Below, piece after piece: positions 9,034 to 16,120 of a DNA stretch of 53,906 nt. Location of the stretch: the IMG/VR virus record IMGVR_UViG_3300033111_000121, positions 1-53,906 of that record; one strand, 5' to 3'. Under the pieces are notes generated by a model. That model was given only the letters and a program-made list of their open reading frames with translations, was not told the DNA's origin and did no database searches. Source of the DNA: a virus. Position 1 is the first letter of the stretch; every line of letters starts with the position of its first letter. The translations under genes and the position numbers were made by a program.

Positions 9034-9420
9034 CTAGAAGGGAACTTCGACCTCACCATCTCCTTCGGGAGGCGCTTCTACGCCGTCCAGGGGTGGCTGC
9101 TGTCGATTCCGGGAACCTGCGCCATCGGGCTTGTCGAGGAACTCGACTGAGCGGGCGATGATGGAGGTGTACCACTTGCCTTCGTACTCGCGGTACTCGA
9201 TACGTCCCTCTACAAGGACCTGAGAGCCCTTCTTGAGGAAGCGAGCACAGTTCTCTCCGAGCTTGTTGAAGACAACGACCTGATGCCACTGAACATCTTC
9301 CTGGCGGTTGCCCTGCTGGTCGGTCCAGCGCCGGTTCGTGGCGACGGTGAATCGGCAGACGCCGTTCTTGCCGGTTTCGGGGTTCTGTCCGAGGTTGCCC
9401 CTGAGTATTGCGAGGTTCAC
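9034..9420 (-). CDS. ssb: Single-stranded DNA-binding protein, 128 aa
   Basis: OB-fold SSB pattern (LRGNLGQNPE...FTVATNRRW...VQWHQVVVFNKLGENCARFLKKGSQVLVEGRI) with an acidic C-terminal tip EVEVPF. GTG 9420 has AGGAGA 7 nt upstream and a GTGA overlap. The track shows a longer form starting at 9501. Confidence 0.9.
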   Translation of the reverse strand: MNLAILRGNLGQNPETGKNGVCRFTVATNRRWTDQQGNRQEDVQWHQVVVFNKLGENCARFLKKGSQVLVEGRIEYREYEGKWYTSIIARSVEFLDKPDGAGSRNRQQPPLDGVEAPPEGDGEVEVPF

Positions 9421-9659
9421 TGCTGTGTCTCCTGTTGATTGAGTGGAGGAAGATACTCTTCTGTGAAAGATGTCCAGAGCATTCTTGGAGTCAGTTGCCA
9501 TGACTCTCCTGTGCCTTCCTTGATCACTACAAGGATCCCACCGAGAGTCACACCAACCTGATACTTGTCACCAGTCTCTTCGTGATCTACCTCGAAGATG
9601 CACTGGAAACCGAAGTTGATGGTGTAAGGGTTCTGCTTGGTCCAGAGAGGACTGCTCAC
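9417..9659 (-). CDS. Hypothetical protein, 80 aa
   Basis: Track ORF 9417..9704 trimmed to GTG 9659 (GTGA overlap upstream). Its stop overlaps the ssb GTG. Confidence 0.5.
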   Translation of the reverse strand: MSSPLWTKQNPYTINFGFQCIFEVDHEETGDKYQVGVTLGGILVVIKEGTGESWQLTPRMLWTSFTEEYLPPLNQQETQQ

Positions 9660-9844
9660 ACCTTGATCCTGTTGTAGGAGAGGTGGACGTTCTTGGGGCA
9701 GCAAGTGCTTCCCGGACGGACGCCGTGGCCCTTGGGAGGTTCACCCTTCTGGGCGACGTACTTCCCGGTCTGCTCAGAGGACTGGACGGGTATGAACACC
9801 TGTCTCGGGTCGTTGCCGGTCTCGAATCGAGCCTGCTTTCTCAC
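9656..9844 (-). CDS. Small basic protein, 62 aa
   Basis: ORF track; GTG start with GTGA overlap. Third codon positions are GC-rich, which supports coding. Confidence 0.55.
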   Translation of the reverse strand: MRKQARFETGNDPRQVFIPVQSSEQTGKYVAQKGEPPKGHGVRPGSTCCPKNVHLSYNRIKV

Positions 9845-10140
9845 GATGCCCTCCTGAACGCCTGTGCGATGGTGCGGAAGCCGCGCTGCCTGGGCCGAGG
9901 GGTGTTGGAGGGAGCCATGTTCATCCAGTTTACCTCAGCGCCCCTGGAGCGTCGAGACGAGAGCCTCTCGGACACGTTGCCGCAGTCCGGGGCGGCCTCG
10001 ATACGGGCCATGTGGCGCTGGTACGGCCGGGTCTTGTTGTGCTGCCTGGGGGCAGGGTTGCCGAGGCGCTGACGCCGGGCAATCGCGGAAGGGGTGTTCT
10101 TCGGGCTTTTGCCCTTGCCTCTGCTGTTCGTGTTCGCCAC
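9841..10140 (-). CDS. Very basic Arg-rich protein, 99 aa
   Basis: ORF track; GTG start with AAGGAG upstream; GC-rich third positions. Confidence 0.6.
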   Translation of the reverse strand: MANTNSRGKGKSPKNTPSAIARRQRLGNPAPRQHNKTRPYQRHMARIEAAPDCGNVSERLSSRRSRGAEVNWMNMAPSNTPRPRQRGFRTIAQAFRRAS

Positions 10141-10191
10141 TGTGGTGACTCCTTGTTGTTGTGAGCCTTATTGCTCGTTGTCTTTCATTTG

Positions 10192-10224
10192 CTCAGGGTG
10201 GGGCCCCCTCTGGGGTACCCTGAG
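10192..10224. promoter_or_regulatory. Structured element copy 1 (8-bp outer stem around a GGGGCCCCCTCTGGGGT core)
   Basis: CTCAGGGT ... ACCCTGAG flank the core. It lies 4 nt after the stop of gene 10229..10522. A 14-nt core (CCCCTCTGGGGTAC) is identical to 11815-11828. Confidence 0.5.
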
Positions 10225-10228
10225 CATC

Positions 10229-10522
10229 TCATGTATCTACCGAGAACCAATCATTCTCAGTGTTGGTGAGAAACACGTTGATTTTCAGGGGTGGGTTGAA
10301 GTGTTGAGGCTTTGTCATGCCTTTTTCATTATCAACACGTATGATTTTCAGTGGAGGCCACATCTTTTCCTTGATGAACCTGTATCCTCTGAGGATCACA
10401 TGGTTGCCAATGGGGTTGGCGTAGTAGATGCGGTACTGTAGGTGATCTAGAATGTGCTCTTCTTTGATCTCTTCTTTAAGGCGCTTGAGAGGTCTTGTGG
10501 ATGATGACATGCCGTATGTCAT
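10229..10522 (-). CDS. Hypothetical protein, 97 aa
   Basis: Track ORF 10229..10528; ATG 10522 forms an ATGA overlap with the upstream stop. Confidence 0.55.
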   Translation of the reverse strand: MTYGMSSSTRPLKRLKEEIKEEHILDHLQYRIYYANPIGNHVILRGYRFIKEKMWPPLKIIRVDNEKGMTKPQHFNPPLKINVFLTNTENDWFSVDT

Positions 10523-10764
10523 AACCAAAACTCAGGTGAGAATTCAAAAGCATACTCACCCGTAGGTGGTAGATGTGGTTTTTGGATCTCCTCGATCTGA
10601 CCTGAGAATTCCCAATCGTACTGGATCTTATTGGGAGTGTATGAGTTGACAATGAATGCCTTCCTTAGTTCCCAGAACCTATCTATCCAGTAGAGGGCCT
10701 TCTCCATCGAGGGAAAGGACTGTGTTTCGAGATTGCCTCTCACGTTGACTGAAACGATGATCAA
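10519..10764 (-). CDS. Hypothetical protein, 81 aa
   Basis: ORF track; TTG start with TTGA overlap on the upstream stop. Confidence 0.5.
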   Translation of the reverse strand: MIIVSVNVRGNLETQSFPSMEKALYWIDRFWELRKAFIVNSYTPNKIQYDWEFSGQIEEIQKPHLPPTGEYAFEFSPEFWL

Positions 10765-11117
10765 GAGCTTTCTCCTCTTGTTGCTACGATGGTGAGAATG
10801 CCACGCTTCCTGGCTTCTTTGATGGTGTGGTTGGTTCCACGAGCTTCACCCTTGGGAAATGCAATCACCATGCATGGCTTCTTGTTGAGCATGTAGACGT
10901 TGCGGATGTAGCCGGCCTTTTTGCCGTGCTTCTTCCAGTTGGCAGGGCATGAGTCTACAGGGTGGCTGTTCTCGTTTGCCCACATCCCAGCAAGCGTATC
11001 AGCGCCTCGAGCTGCACCATGGACGATGGTAGCGCCATCAGGCACCAACCGCGATAGCAGTCTGTTGAGGAGCTGTCGATCTCCAAAGCTCCTGCTTCCG
11101 CACACGAGAACATTCAT
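10761..11117 (-). CDS. DUF2493/SLOG-like protein, 118 aa
   Basis: MNVLVCGSRSF...IVHGAARGADTLAGMWA...ANWKKHGKKAGYIRN..MVIAFPKGEARGTNHTI matches the SLOG/DUF2493 pattern from memory. ATG 11117 has AAGGAG 8 nt upstream and an ATGA overlap. Confidence 0.65.
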   Translation of the reverse strand: MNVLVCGSRSFGDRQLLNRLLSRLVPDGATIVHGAARGADTLAGMWANENSHPVDSCPANWKKHGKKAGYIRNVYMLNKKPCMVIAFPKGEARGTNHTIKEARKRGILTIVATRGESS

Positions 11118-11326
11118 GCGATCAACTCCTTCACCTTGTTCATGATGGCGATGCCCTTGTTGTGGTACTTGGGCTTTCTTGTGTCGAGAGCCTGGGCGAA
11201 TGCGTCCCAAGCGTGGTTACACAGTTGCACAGCAGTGTCATTGCCGTTGCAACGGGTGATGAGTCTGTTGAGATCCTCAACCGAGCCGTTGAGGTTGCGC
11301 TCGAACTGAGTCCTCATGGTGTTCAT
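11114..11326 (-). CDS. Hypothetical protein, 70 aa
   Basis: ORF track; its stop overlaps the downstream ATG. Confidence 0.55.
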   Translation of the reverse strand: MNTMRTQFERNLNGSVEDLNRLITRCNGNDTAVQLCNHAWDAFAQALDTRKPKYHNKGIAIMNKVKELIA

Positions 11327-11366
11327 GGCATCTCCTTATGTGAGCTTCATTGCTCAAGAGGGAAAG

Positions 11367-11392
11367 CCCCACCAACCGCGTGGTCGGTGGGG
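11367..11392 (-). terminator. Hairpin terminator candidate
   Basis: CCCCACC ... GGTGGGG stem. In minus sense it is followed by CTTTCCCTCTT. It lies about 60 nt downstream of the stop of gene 11450..11740. Confidence 0.4.
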
Positions 11393-11449
11393 CAAGAGGT
11401 GTGTGGCTGGGTCTTGGCTGGAATCAAGGCGAGGAAGGGTCCTGGCAGG

Positions 11450-11740
11450 TCAAGCGATCTCTTCGCGGTGCCACTTGCACTCGCACACGTCTGAGCAGAA
11501 GGGGGAGAAGTGGCCGAAGTCCTCGGTGCGCCTGTGCTTGCTTCCACACTGGCAGCAGTTCCAGAAGCGCTTGGCTACTCGGTAGTTGGTGCGGATGTGC
11601 TCGATCAGGGCCATAGTGCAGGCCAGGGCGAATAAGGCGACGAACAGCTTCCCGATGATCGTGGCACGGATGAAGTTGTAGAAGAATTCGATCACCGTGA
11701 AGGGCGAGTCGGCGGGGAAGAGCTGAACGTACTCGTACAT
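11450..11740 (-). CDS. Membrane protein with Cys-rich C-terminal tail, 96 aa
   Basis: Track ORF trimmed to ATG 11740 (AGGAGA 5 nt upstream). Hydrophobic segment IIGKLFVALFALACTMALI, then CCQCG...CSDVCEC. Confidence 0.6.
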   Translation of the reverse strand: MYEYVQLFPADSPFTVIEFFYNFIRATIIGKLFVALFALACTMALIEHIRTNYRVAKRFWNCCQCGSKHRRTEDFGHFSPFCSDVCECKWHREEIA

Positions 11741-11801
11741 GGCGTCTCCTGGTGTTGGTGATGTGAGGTCTTCTCTGTTCCTCACTTATACCTGTGCTTA
11801 G

Positions 11802-11834
11802 CCATGAGGGGGGTCCCCTCTGGGGTACTCATGG
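11802..11834. promoter_or_regulatory. Structured element copy 2 (7-bp outer stem around a GGGGGTCCCCTCTGGGGTA core)
   Basis: CCATGAG ... CTCATGG flank the core. It sits in the divergent control region immediately upstream of a minus-sense TATAAG. Confidence 0.5.
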
Positions 11835-12153
11835 CGTCCGCGTCTGCCCATCCGCGCTGCCTTGTGGGTGTAGAGTGCGTGGTTTCTCATGTCTATGGTC
11901 TGCCTCTCCTGCGCTAGCCCTCTGTTTCCCTCCGCTCCAGGATTCCCAGGTCCCTCGGCGAGGCTCCCCGAGGGGTGGGTGGAGGCTGAGCGCCGCGCCG
12001 GCCGCCGAGCCGTGGTTGGGGGCGCAGCGCTCACGCAAGGTTTTCTGGGCCGAAAAAACGTTCCTAGACCCGAAAATCCCCGTTTTCACCGTTGAGACCT
12101 CTAAACAACCCAGAATTCTCGAAAACCGTTGTAGAAAAAGGAGAAAATTGCCC

Positions 12154-12513
12154 TTGAAGCACATTTCAGAGGAACTCGAGAACCTAGTTTCCCACATCCA
12201 CCACAAACTTGCCGTTGAACCAAAAACTTCTATCGATTTCATAGGCGATCCCATAAATTTCAAGTGGGATCCCGAAGAAAATCTCCATGAGGGAGCCATA
12301 ATGGGAGAAATGACGGTCAACGTCCCCAAGAAGGACAAGAGCGGGTGGATGAACGTGATTGTGCGCCTAAGCCCTTGCACAGACCTCGAAGACGTGGTAC
12401 AACAGGAGATTCGGAGCCTTGGTCAGCCGTCTTTCAACGTGAGAGTGGTTGGTGGGCTCCTCGAAACCAACCCGTGGCGAGTATTGGCCGCGAGAATGGA
12501 GAAAGCCAATTGA
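12154..12513 (+). CDS. Hypothetical protein, about 119 aa (first gene of the rightward early operon)
   Basis: AAAGGAGAAAA at 12138-12147, then in-frame TTG at 12148 and 12154. The upstream 120 codons of track ORF 11794..12513 look non-coding. Confidence 0.5.
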   Translation: MKHISEELENLVSHIHHKLAVEPKTSIDFIGDPINFKWDPEENLHEGAIMGEMTVNVPKKDKSGWMNVIVRLSPCTDLEDVVQQEIRSLGQPSFNVRVVGGLLETNPWRVLAARMEKAN

Positions 12514-12537
12514 CTACCAACACACGACTAGGGATCT

Positions 12538-12888
12538 ATGAGGCGAAAGATGCTCACTGTCATCGAGTCTAAGTTGAAGGCTCTCGAGGTCCTCCTTTCA
12601 AGTGGGGAGTACAACAGCAGTTCCATCGTCAAGAGTAGGGTGTCTTTGATCGCGGGCAAGATCAAAACCTTTATCTCCAAGTGGATCTACACCGGAGGTG
12701 GACAGCAGAGAGAGTTCCAGGACAAAGACAAGCCCTTCACGCTACTCATCGGCGGAAGCTGGTCACGGCGTCTCGAGGCAATTGGGGAGGCCGCAGCAAT
12801 GGTCCTCTCAGGTCTTCGGGTGTACGTCGACCTGGAAGGAGTCGAGAAGCCCTGTAAGACCTGCCTGAGGTACCAGCGCAATGGATAA
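12538..12888 (+). CDS. Hypothetical helical protein, 116 aa
   Basis: ORF track. Confidence 0.55.
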   Translation: MRRKMLTVIESKLKALEVLLSSGEYNSSSIVKSRVSLIAGKIKTFISKWIYTGGGQQREFQDKDKPFTLLIGGSWSRRLEAIGEAAAMVLSGLRVYVDLEGVEKPCKTCLRYQRNG

Positions 12889-13078
12889 GGACACGATCAC
12901 CACCATCCGGCTGATCCTCCGCGACATCGCTGACGATGCGGACTTCATTCAGCAAGATGTCCCGTTGGACATGCGCTCTGTTAGCCCCAGGTTCATCAGG
13001 GCGTATGACATCGAGAAAGCCGCCAATGAGATCATGCGGATTCTCGACGAAGTTGAACTTGGACAACGCTCGCTATAG
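12881..13078 (+). CDS. Hypothetical helical acidic protein, 65 aa
   Basis: ORF track; 8-nt overlap with the upstream gene. Confidence 0.55.
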   Translation: MDKDTITTIRLILRDIADDADFIQQDVPLDMRSVSPRFIRAYDIEKAANEIMRILDEVELGQRSL

Positions 13079-13167
13079 TCGTCAACCTTCCCCCTCCTGT
13101 TGACAACACCTACCATCCTACAACTTCACCTGCTTTACCAGCTCTCCGAAGCTGTATAGGAGAACAC

Positions 13168-13539
13168 ATGCTGAGATTCACTAGAAACCTTCTTGTATAC
13201 CTCAGAACGCGCGTAGCAAGGCCCGTGCCAGATCGGACCTCCCAGGTCCCCCACCGTATGGTCGCCGGCCGGACGACCGCCTCAGAGGCGTACAACCGGG
13301 TCCAGGAGGCCATCGAGATCCTCGGGGCGCTTCAGTTCGATCCGAACATCAGCGAGAGGGCCTCAGGGGCCTCCAGGAGGGCCATGGAGCGCCTCTGTGC
13401 GATCCGGGCTCACGTCCGGTACGTTGCCGACCTGTGCGAGCCCCCTGTGACCTACACGGACGATGCTGGGTTCGCACCAGAGCCTCGGGACGGCCGTGCG
13501 AACCTCGAGGTGCTCGAGGGCGGCCTGGGAGGCCTCTGA
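13168..13539 (+). CDS. Hypothetical protein, 123 aa
   Basis: ORF track; AGGAGAA 5 nt upstream of ATG. Confidence 0.6.
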   Translation: MLRFTRNLLVYLRTRVARPVPDRTSQVPHRMVAGRTTASEAYNRVQEAIEILGALQFDPNISERASGASRRAMERLCAIRAHVRYVADLCEPPVTYTDDAGFAPEPRDGRANLEVLEGGLGGL

Positions 13540-13742
13540 TGCGAAAGCCCGAGCATCCCAGGTTGTACGAGGTCACCAACGAGGCTTTGGACGCTCTGGG
13601 AGCCGCTGTTGGCCGCCTGGAGGTCCTCAAGCAGCTTCATCGCAACTACGAGCGCTGCAAGGAGATCGCCGTTGCCATAGAGACCACCAAGCGTTCGATG
13701 TTGGATATGGCCGAGGCCTGGGACCACCGGAACGGTCCATGA
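13539..13742 (+). CDS. Hypothetical helical protein, 67 aa
   Basis: ATG 13539 shares one nt with the upstream TGA (TGATG). This is the in-frame tail of track ORF 13434..13742. Confidence 0.55.
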   Translation: MRKPEHPRLYEVTNEALDALGAAVGRLEVLKQLHRNYERCKEIAVAIETTKRSMLDMAEAWDHRNGP

Positions 13743-13906
13743 GAGGTACCTGTCACTTCTGCCGCAAGCGAGGGCCGAGGATTGTCCACCGGGACGACAT
13801 GCAGCGGTTCGGGTTCTCCTGGGACCGGGTTCGCTGTCCTCACTGTGGAGTGTTGTGGTGGTCGATGGTGTCGAAGCGATCCAGGAAGAGGCATCAGTTC
13901 GCATGA
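13739..13906 (+). CDS. Zinc-ribbon protein, 55 aa
   Basis: ATGA overlap. The sequence MRGTCHFCRKRG...RVRCPHCGVLWW has two CxxC pairs. It is the tail of track ORF 13463..13906. Confidence 0.55.
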   Translation: MRGTCHFCRKRGPRIVHRDDMQRFGFSWDRVRCPHCGVLWWSMVSKRSRKRHQFA

Positions 13907-14094
13907 TCGCCACCCACACCCTCGAGAAGCGCTTCAAGGTGGATCAGCGCGTTTGTGTCGTCTCAGGGCGGCACAAGGGACGTACAGGAACGGTACAGGG
14001 TTATCTCGAGGGCCACGACTATGGGTACCTCATCATCCGTGATGACGAAGGTAGTCTTGTCGAGGTTCACTGGTCCAAGGTGGAGAAGAACTAG
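13903..14094 (+). CDS. Small KOW/SH3-like protein, 63 aa
   Basis: ATGA overlap. The stretch FKVDQRVCVVSGRHKGRTGTVQGY...LIIRDDEG resembles a KOW motif. Confidence 0.5.
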   Translation: MIATHTLEKRFKVDQRVCVVSGRHKGRTGTVQGYLEGHDYGYLIIRDDEGSLVEVHWSKVEKN

Positions 14095-14098
14095 TGGT

Positions 14099-14127
14099 TT
14101 GACAGAGAGCTGACGCTCCTGTACCGT
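14099..14127 (+). promoter_or_regulatory. Sigma70-like promoter candidate
   Basis: TTGACA (14099-14104), 17-nt spacer, TACCGT (14122-14127), 46 nt upstream of the RHH gene. Confidence 0.4.
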
Positions 14128-14173
14128 CCTCAATCGAACTACCGCCCCTAGCGGGCAGAAAGGCTCCATATCC

Positions 14174-14365
14174 ATGGCAGCAGCAAAGAAGACAGCATCG
14201 AAGGCCGAGGCGGCTCCCGCGAACACCGACGATGGCACCGTGATCGTCACGGCTCGGGTTCCTCGAGAGGCCCACGTCGAACTCAAGATCCTCGCGCTTC
14301 GTCGAGGCGAGAAGATCGGCGAGACGCTTGGAGTCGCCATCATGGCCTTCGTCGAGAGCCAGTAG
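14174..14365 (+). CDS. Ribbon-helix-helix (CopG/Arc-like) DNA-binding protein, 63 aa
   Basis: VIVTARVPREAHVELKILALRRGEKIGETLGVAIMAFV fits a beta-strand, helix, helix RHH pattern. Confidence 0.65.
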   Translation: MAAAKKTASKAEAAPANTDDGTVIVTARVPREAHVELKILALRRGEKIGETLGVAIMAFVESQ

Positions 14366-14378
14366 GGTCTCTCGGAGT

Positions 14379-14418
14379 AAAGGCGGCCTGGGGTAACTCA
14401 GGCCGCCTTTGTCTTTTC
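14379..14418 (+). terminator. Rho-independent terminator
   Basis: 12-bp perfect stem aaaggcggcctg / caggccgccttt, 8-nt loop, then gtcttttc. Confidence 0.8.
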
Positions 14419-14421
14419 TCA

Positions 14422-14661
14422 ATGATCCCACAGAAGGACGTAAAGAAGCTAGCCAAGACAGCGAACAAGCTGTCTGACCGGGTGAAGGTGCTCACCGACC
14501 ACATTGAGGTGTCCTGTGACTGTGGCGGTAGCAAGGCAGCTCGCGTCTCCATCGCCGCCTACATGACCACTGTCCAGCACAGCATGATCCGAATCTTCGA
14601 CGTGCTGAGCCACTACCAGATGACCCACCCCGTTACCCCCCAGAAAGAGGTTGAGCATTGA
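14422..14661 (+). CDS. Hypothetical helical protein, 79 aa
   Basis: ORF track. Confidence 0.55.
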   Translation: MIPQKDVKKLAKTANKLSDRVKVLTDHIEVSCDCGGSKAARVSIAAYMTTVQHSMIRIFDVLSHYQMTHPVTPQKEVEH

Positions 14662-14873
14662 AGGTATGTCCTCGTTGTGGACACAGACATCAAGAGGAAG
14701 AAGAGACTTGTTCGACAAGGTGCAAGATCGCTCTTGATGCTAATGAACCCCATCAGATCAGGAATCAACGGGTTCAGATACCTTCTCTCTCCTCGTATGT
14801 AATGGGTACACTTCCGAAGAGGAAGATAATTCTTCTCGACAATCCTGTAAATTACAACAATTACAACAAGTGA
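14658..14873 (+). CDS. Small CxxC protein, 71 aa
   Basis: ORF track; TTG start with TTGA overlap; N-terminal CPRCGH. Confidence 0.5.
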   Translation: MKVCPRCGHRHQEEEETCSTRCKIALDANEPHQIRNQRVQIPSLSSYVMGTLPKRKIILLDNPVNYNNYNK

Positions 14874-15319
14874 AGAGGAAAGCAGTCAAGCCTGGACAAG
14901 TATGTCCTGAATGCAGGAAGCGTGTGACTGAAAAACACATGCCCCTGAAAGACTGCGACTACCACCCCTGCTCGATCTGCGGACCCATAGTTGCCGATGC
15001 AAGCAAGATTGTTTGTACACACAAGCTCTCAGAGCAATGCAGGAAGACTGCTGAGATTTACAGAGAGAAGGGTGTGGAAGGGTGTGCAGAGATCTACGAA
15101 CAGTGTGCTGCCTACTTTGAGCAGCGTGAGAGAGATGGGACTCTTGGCCCTCCACCAACCCTGGAAGAGGCCAAGGCCATCTTGATCAAGAGAGGAGAGA
15201 GTAGTGACAGGACTGGAACCAGGATCAGCGTTCCCGAACACGATAACGGTCCTACGCGCATTCATCGAGAACCAGGAACAGCAACTCAGGGACACGGGAT
15301 CTCGCTCCCCGATTTTTGA
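14870..15319 (+). CDS. Cys-rich hypothetical protein, 149 aa
   Basis: ORF track; GTGA overlap; CPEC...CSIC motifs. The last 116 nt overlap the next gene. Confidence 0.5.
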   Translation: MKRKAVKPGQVCPECRKRVTEKHMPLKDCDYHPCSICGPIVADASKIVCTHKLSEQCRKTAEIYREKGVEGCAEIYEQCAAYFEQRERDGTLGPPPTLEEAKAILIKRGESSDRTGTRISVPEHDNGPTRIHREPGTATQGHGISLPDF

Positions 15320-15590
15320 TGGAGTCAAGAGAGAGCTTGGGACTCTCTCGAGGATGGTTGAGGCCGGCAAGGGAGACTTCGGCGCTGTGGCGCACGAAGG
15401 AGCCTATGACATCATGCACCCTCGTCGATCAAACGTGAAGGTCGAACCTGAGATCGAGTTCGATGAAGAGCCAACAAGCATCTCTCTTGGAGAGCACCGG
15501 ACCATCATGGATGATCCCGTTCTATGTGAGTGTGGTTACTACAAAGAGCCTGGAAAGCGTTGTAGTAACTGTAGAAGGACTCACCCTTGA
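15204..15590 (+). CDS. Hypothetical protein with C-terminal zinc ribbon, 128 aa
   Basis: GTG 15204 has AGGAGA 6 nt upstream. C-terminal CECGYY...CSNC. Confidence 0.55.
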   Translation: MTGLEPGSAFPNTITVLRAFIENQEQQLRDTGSRSPIFDGVKRELGTLSRMVEAGKGDFGAVAHEGAYDIMHPRRSNVKVEPEIEFDEEPTSISLGEHRTIMDDPVLCECGYYKEPGKRCSNCRRTHP

Positions 15591-15916
15591 GCCTTGATCA
15601 ACTGTCCGAGGAGGCCTTGTGCCTGCTTTCGGAGGCTCTCCTCCCGTTTGACCCAGGGGGTAAGTTGAGCTTGACCTTGCCCTGTAATGACGATAGGGCC
15701 GTCCTTACCTACGACCTCCTCGGCACGGGCGAGACGCGCCGCGACGATACAGTACATCCTCAGAAGTTCCCGGTGTTCTTTACCGAGTCTTGGCATATCC
15801 TCAGCGATGGTGTACCATGTGCTGGTCTCGACATCGGAGAGGTCTCCAGGCGGGTTGCCGAGAGTGCTCTCTTTCTTGGGATTGGTAGCGGGAGCGGACT
15901 TTGGCATCAGCGACAT
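15581..15916 (-). CDS. Second, inverted P27-family small-terminase-like protein (111 aa; the ORF is open up to 16039)
   Basis: LGNPPGDL..TSTWYTIAEDMPRLGKEHRELLRMYCIVAARLARAEEVVGKDGPIVITGQGQAQLTPWVKREESLRKQAQGLL follows the P27 TerS pattern. The start is uncertain (ATG 15916, 15907 or upstream). Confidence 0.6.
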   Translation of the reverse strand: MSLMPKSAPATNPKKESTLGNPPGDLSDVETSTWYTIAEDMPRLGKEHRELLRMYCIVAARLARAEEVVGKDGPIVITGQGQAQLTPWVKREESLRKQAQGLLGQLIKAQG

Positions 15917-16120
15917 GGGCAGGAGGTTCCTAGAGGTTTGAGGTTGGAGAATTTCGTTGGCGCTCGGTAAGGCTAGCATGATCGAGGTATCGATCCTCTG
16001 TTCCGCATGCGGGCGCATGAAAGACTTCATCGGCAACAAAGACGGTTATAACTATCTCTTTGTCAGCGCCTTCATCTTCTTCTGCTGTTCTAAAGATGGA
16101 CCAACCTTCGTAGAAGTGCC

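Noticed and set aside
11794-12153. First 120 codons of track ORF 11794..12513, plus antisense ORFs 11798..12034 and 11829..12380
   Set aside because: Their sequence is implausible (Pro/Arg/Gly/Cys-rich), runs through hairpins and repeats, and has no SD. The coding-like part begins after the AAAGGAGAAAA at about 12138.
13104-13109. TTGACA hexamers at 13104 and inside genes (for example near 40925 and 50716) as promoters
   Set aside because: No acceptable -10 element (TAnnnT) lies at 16-18 nt spacing.
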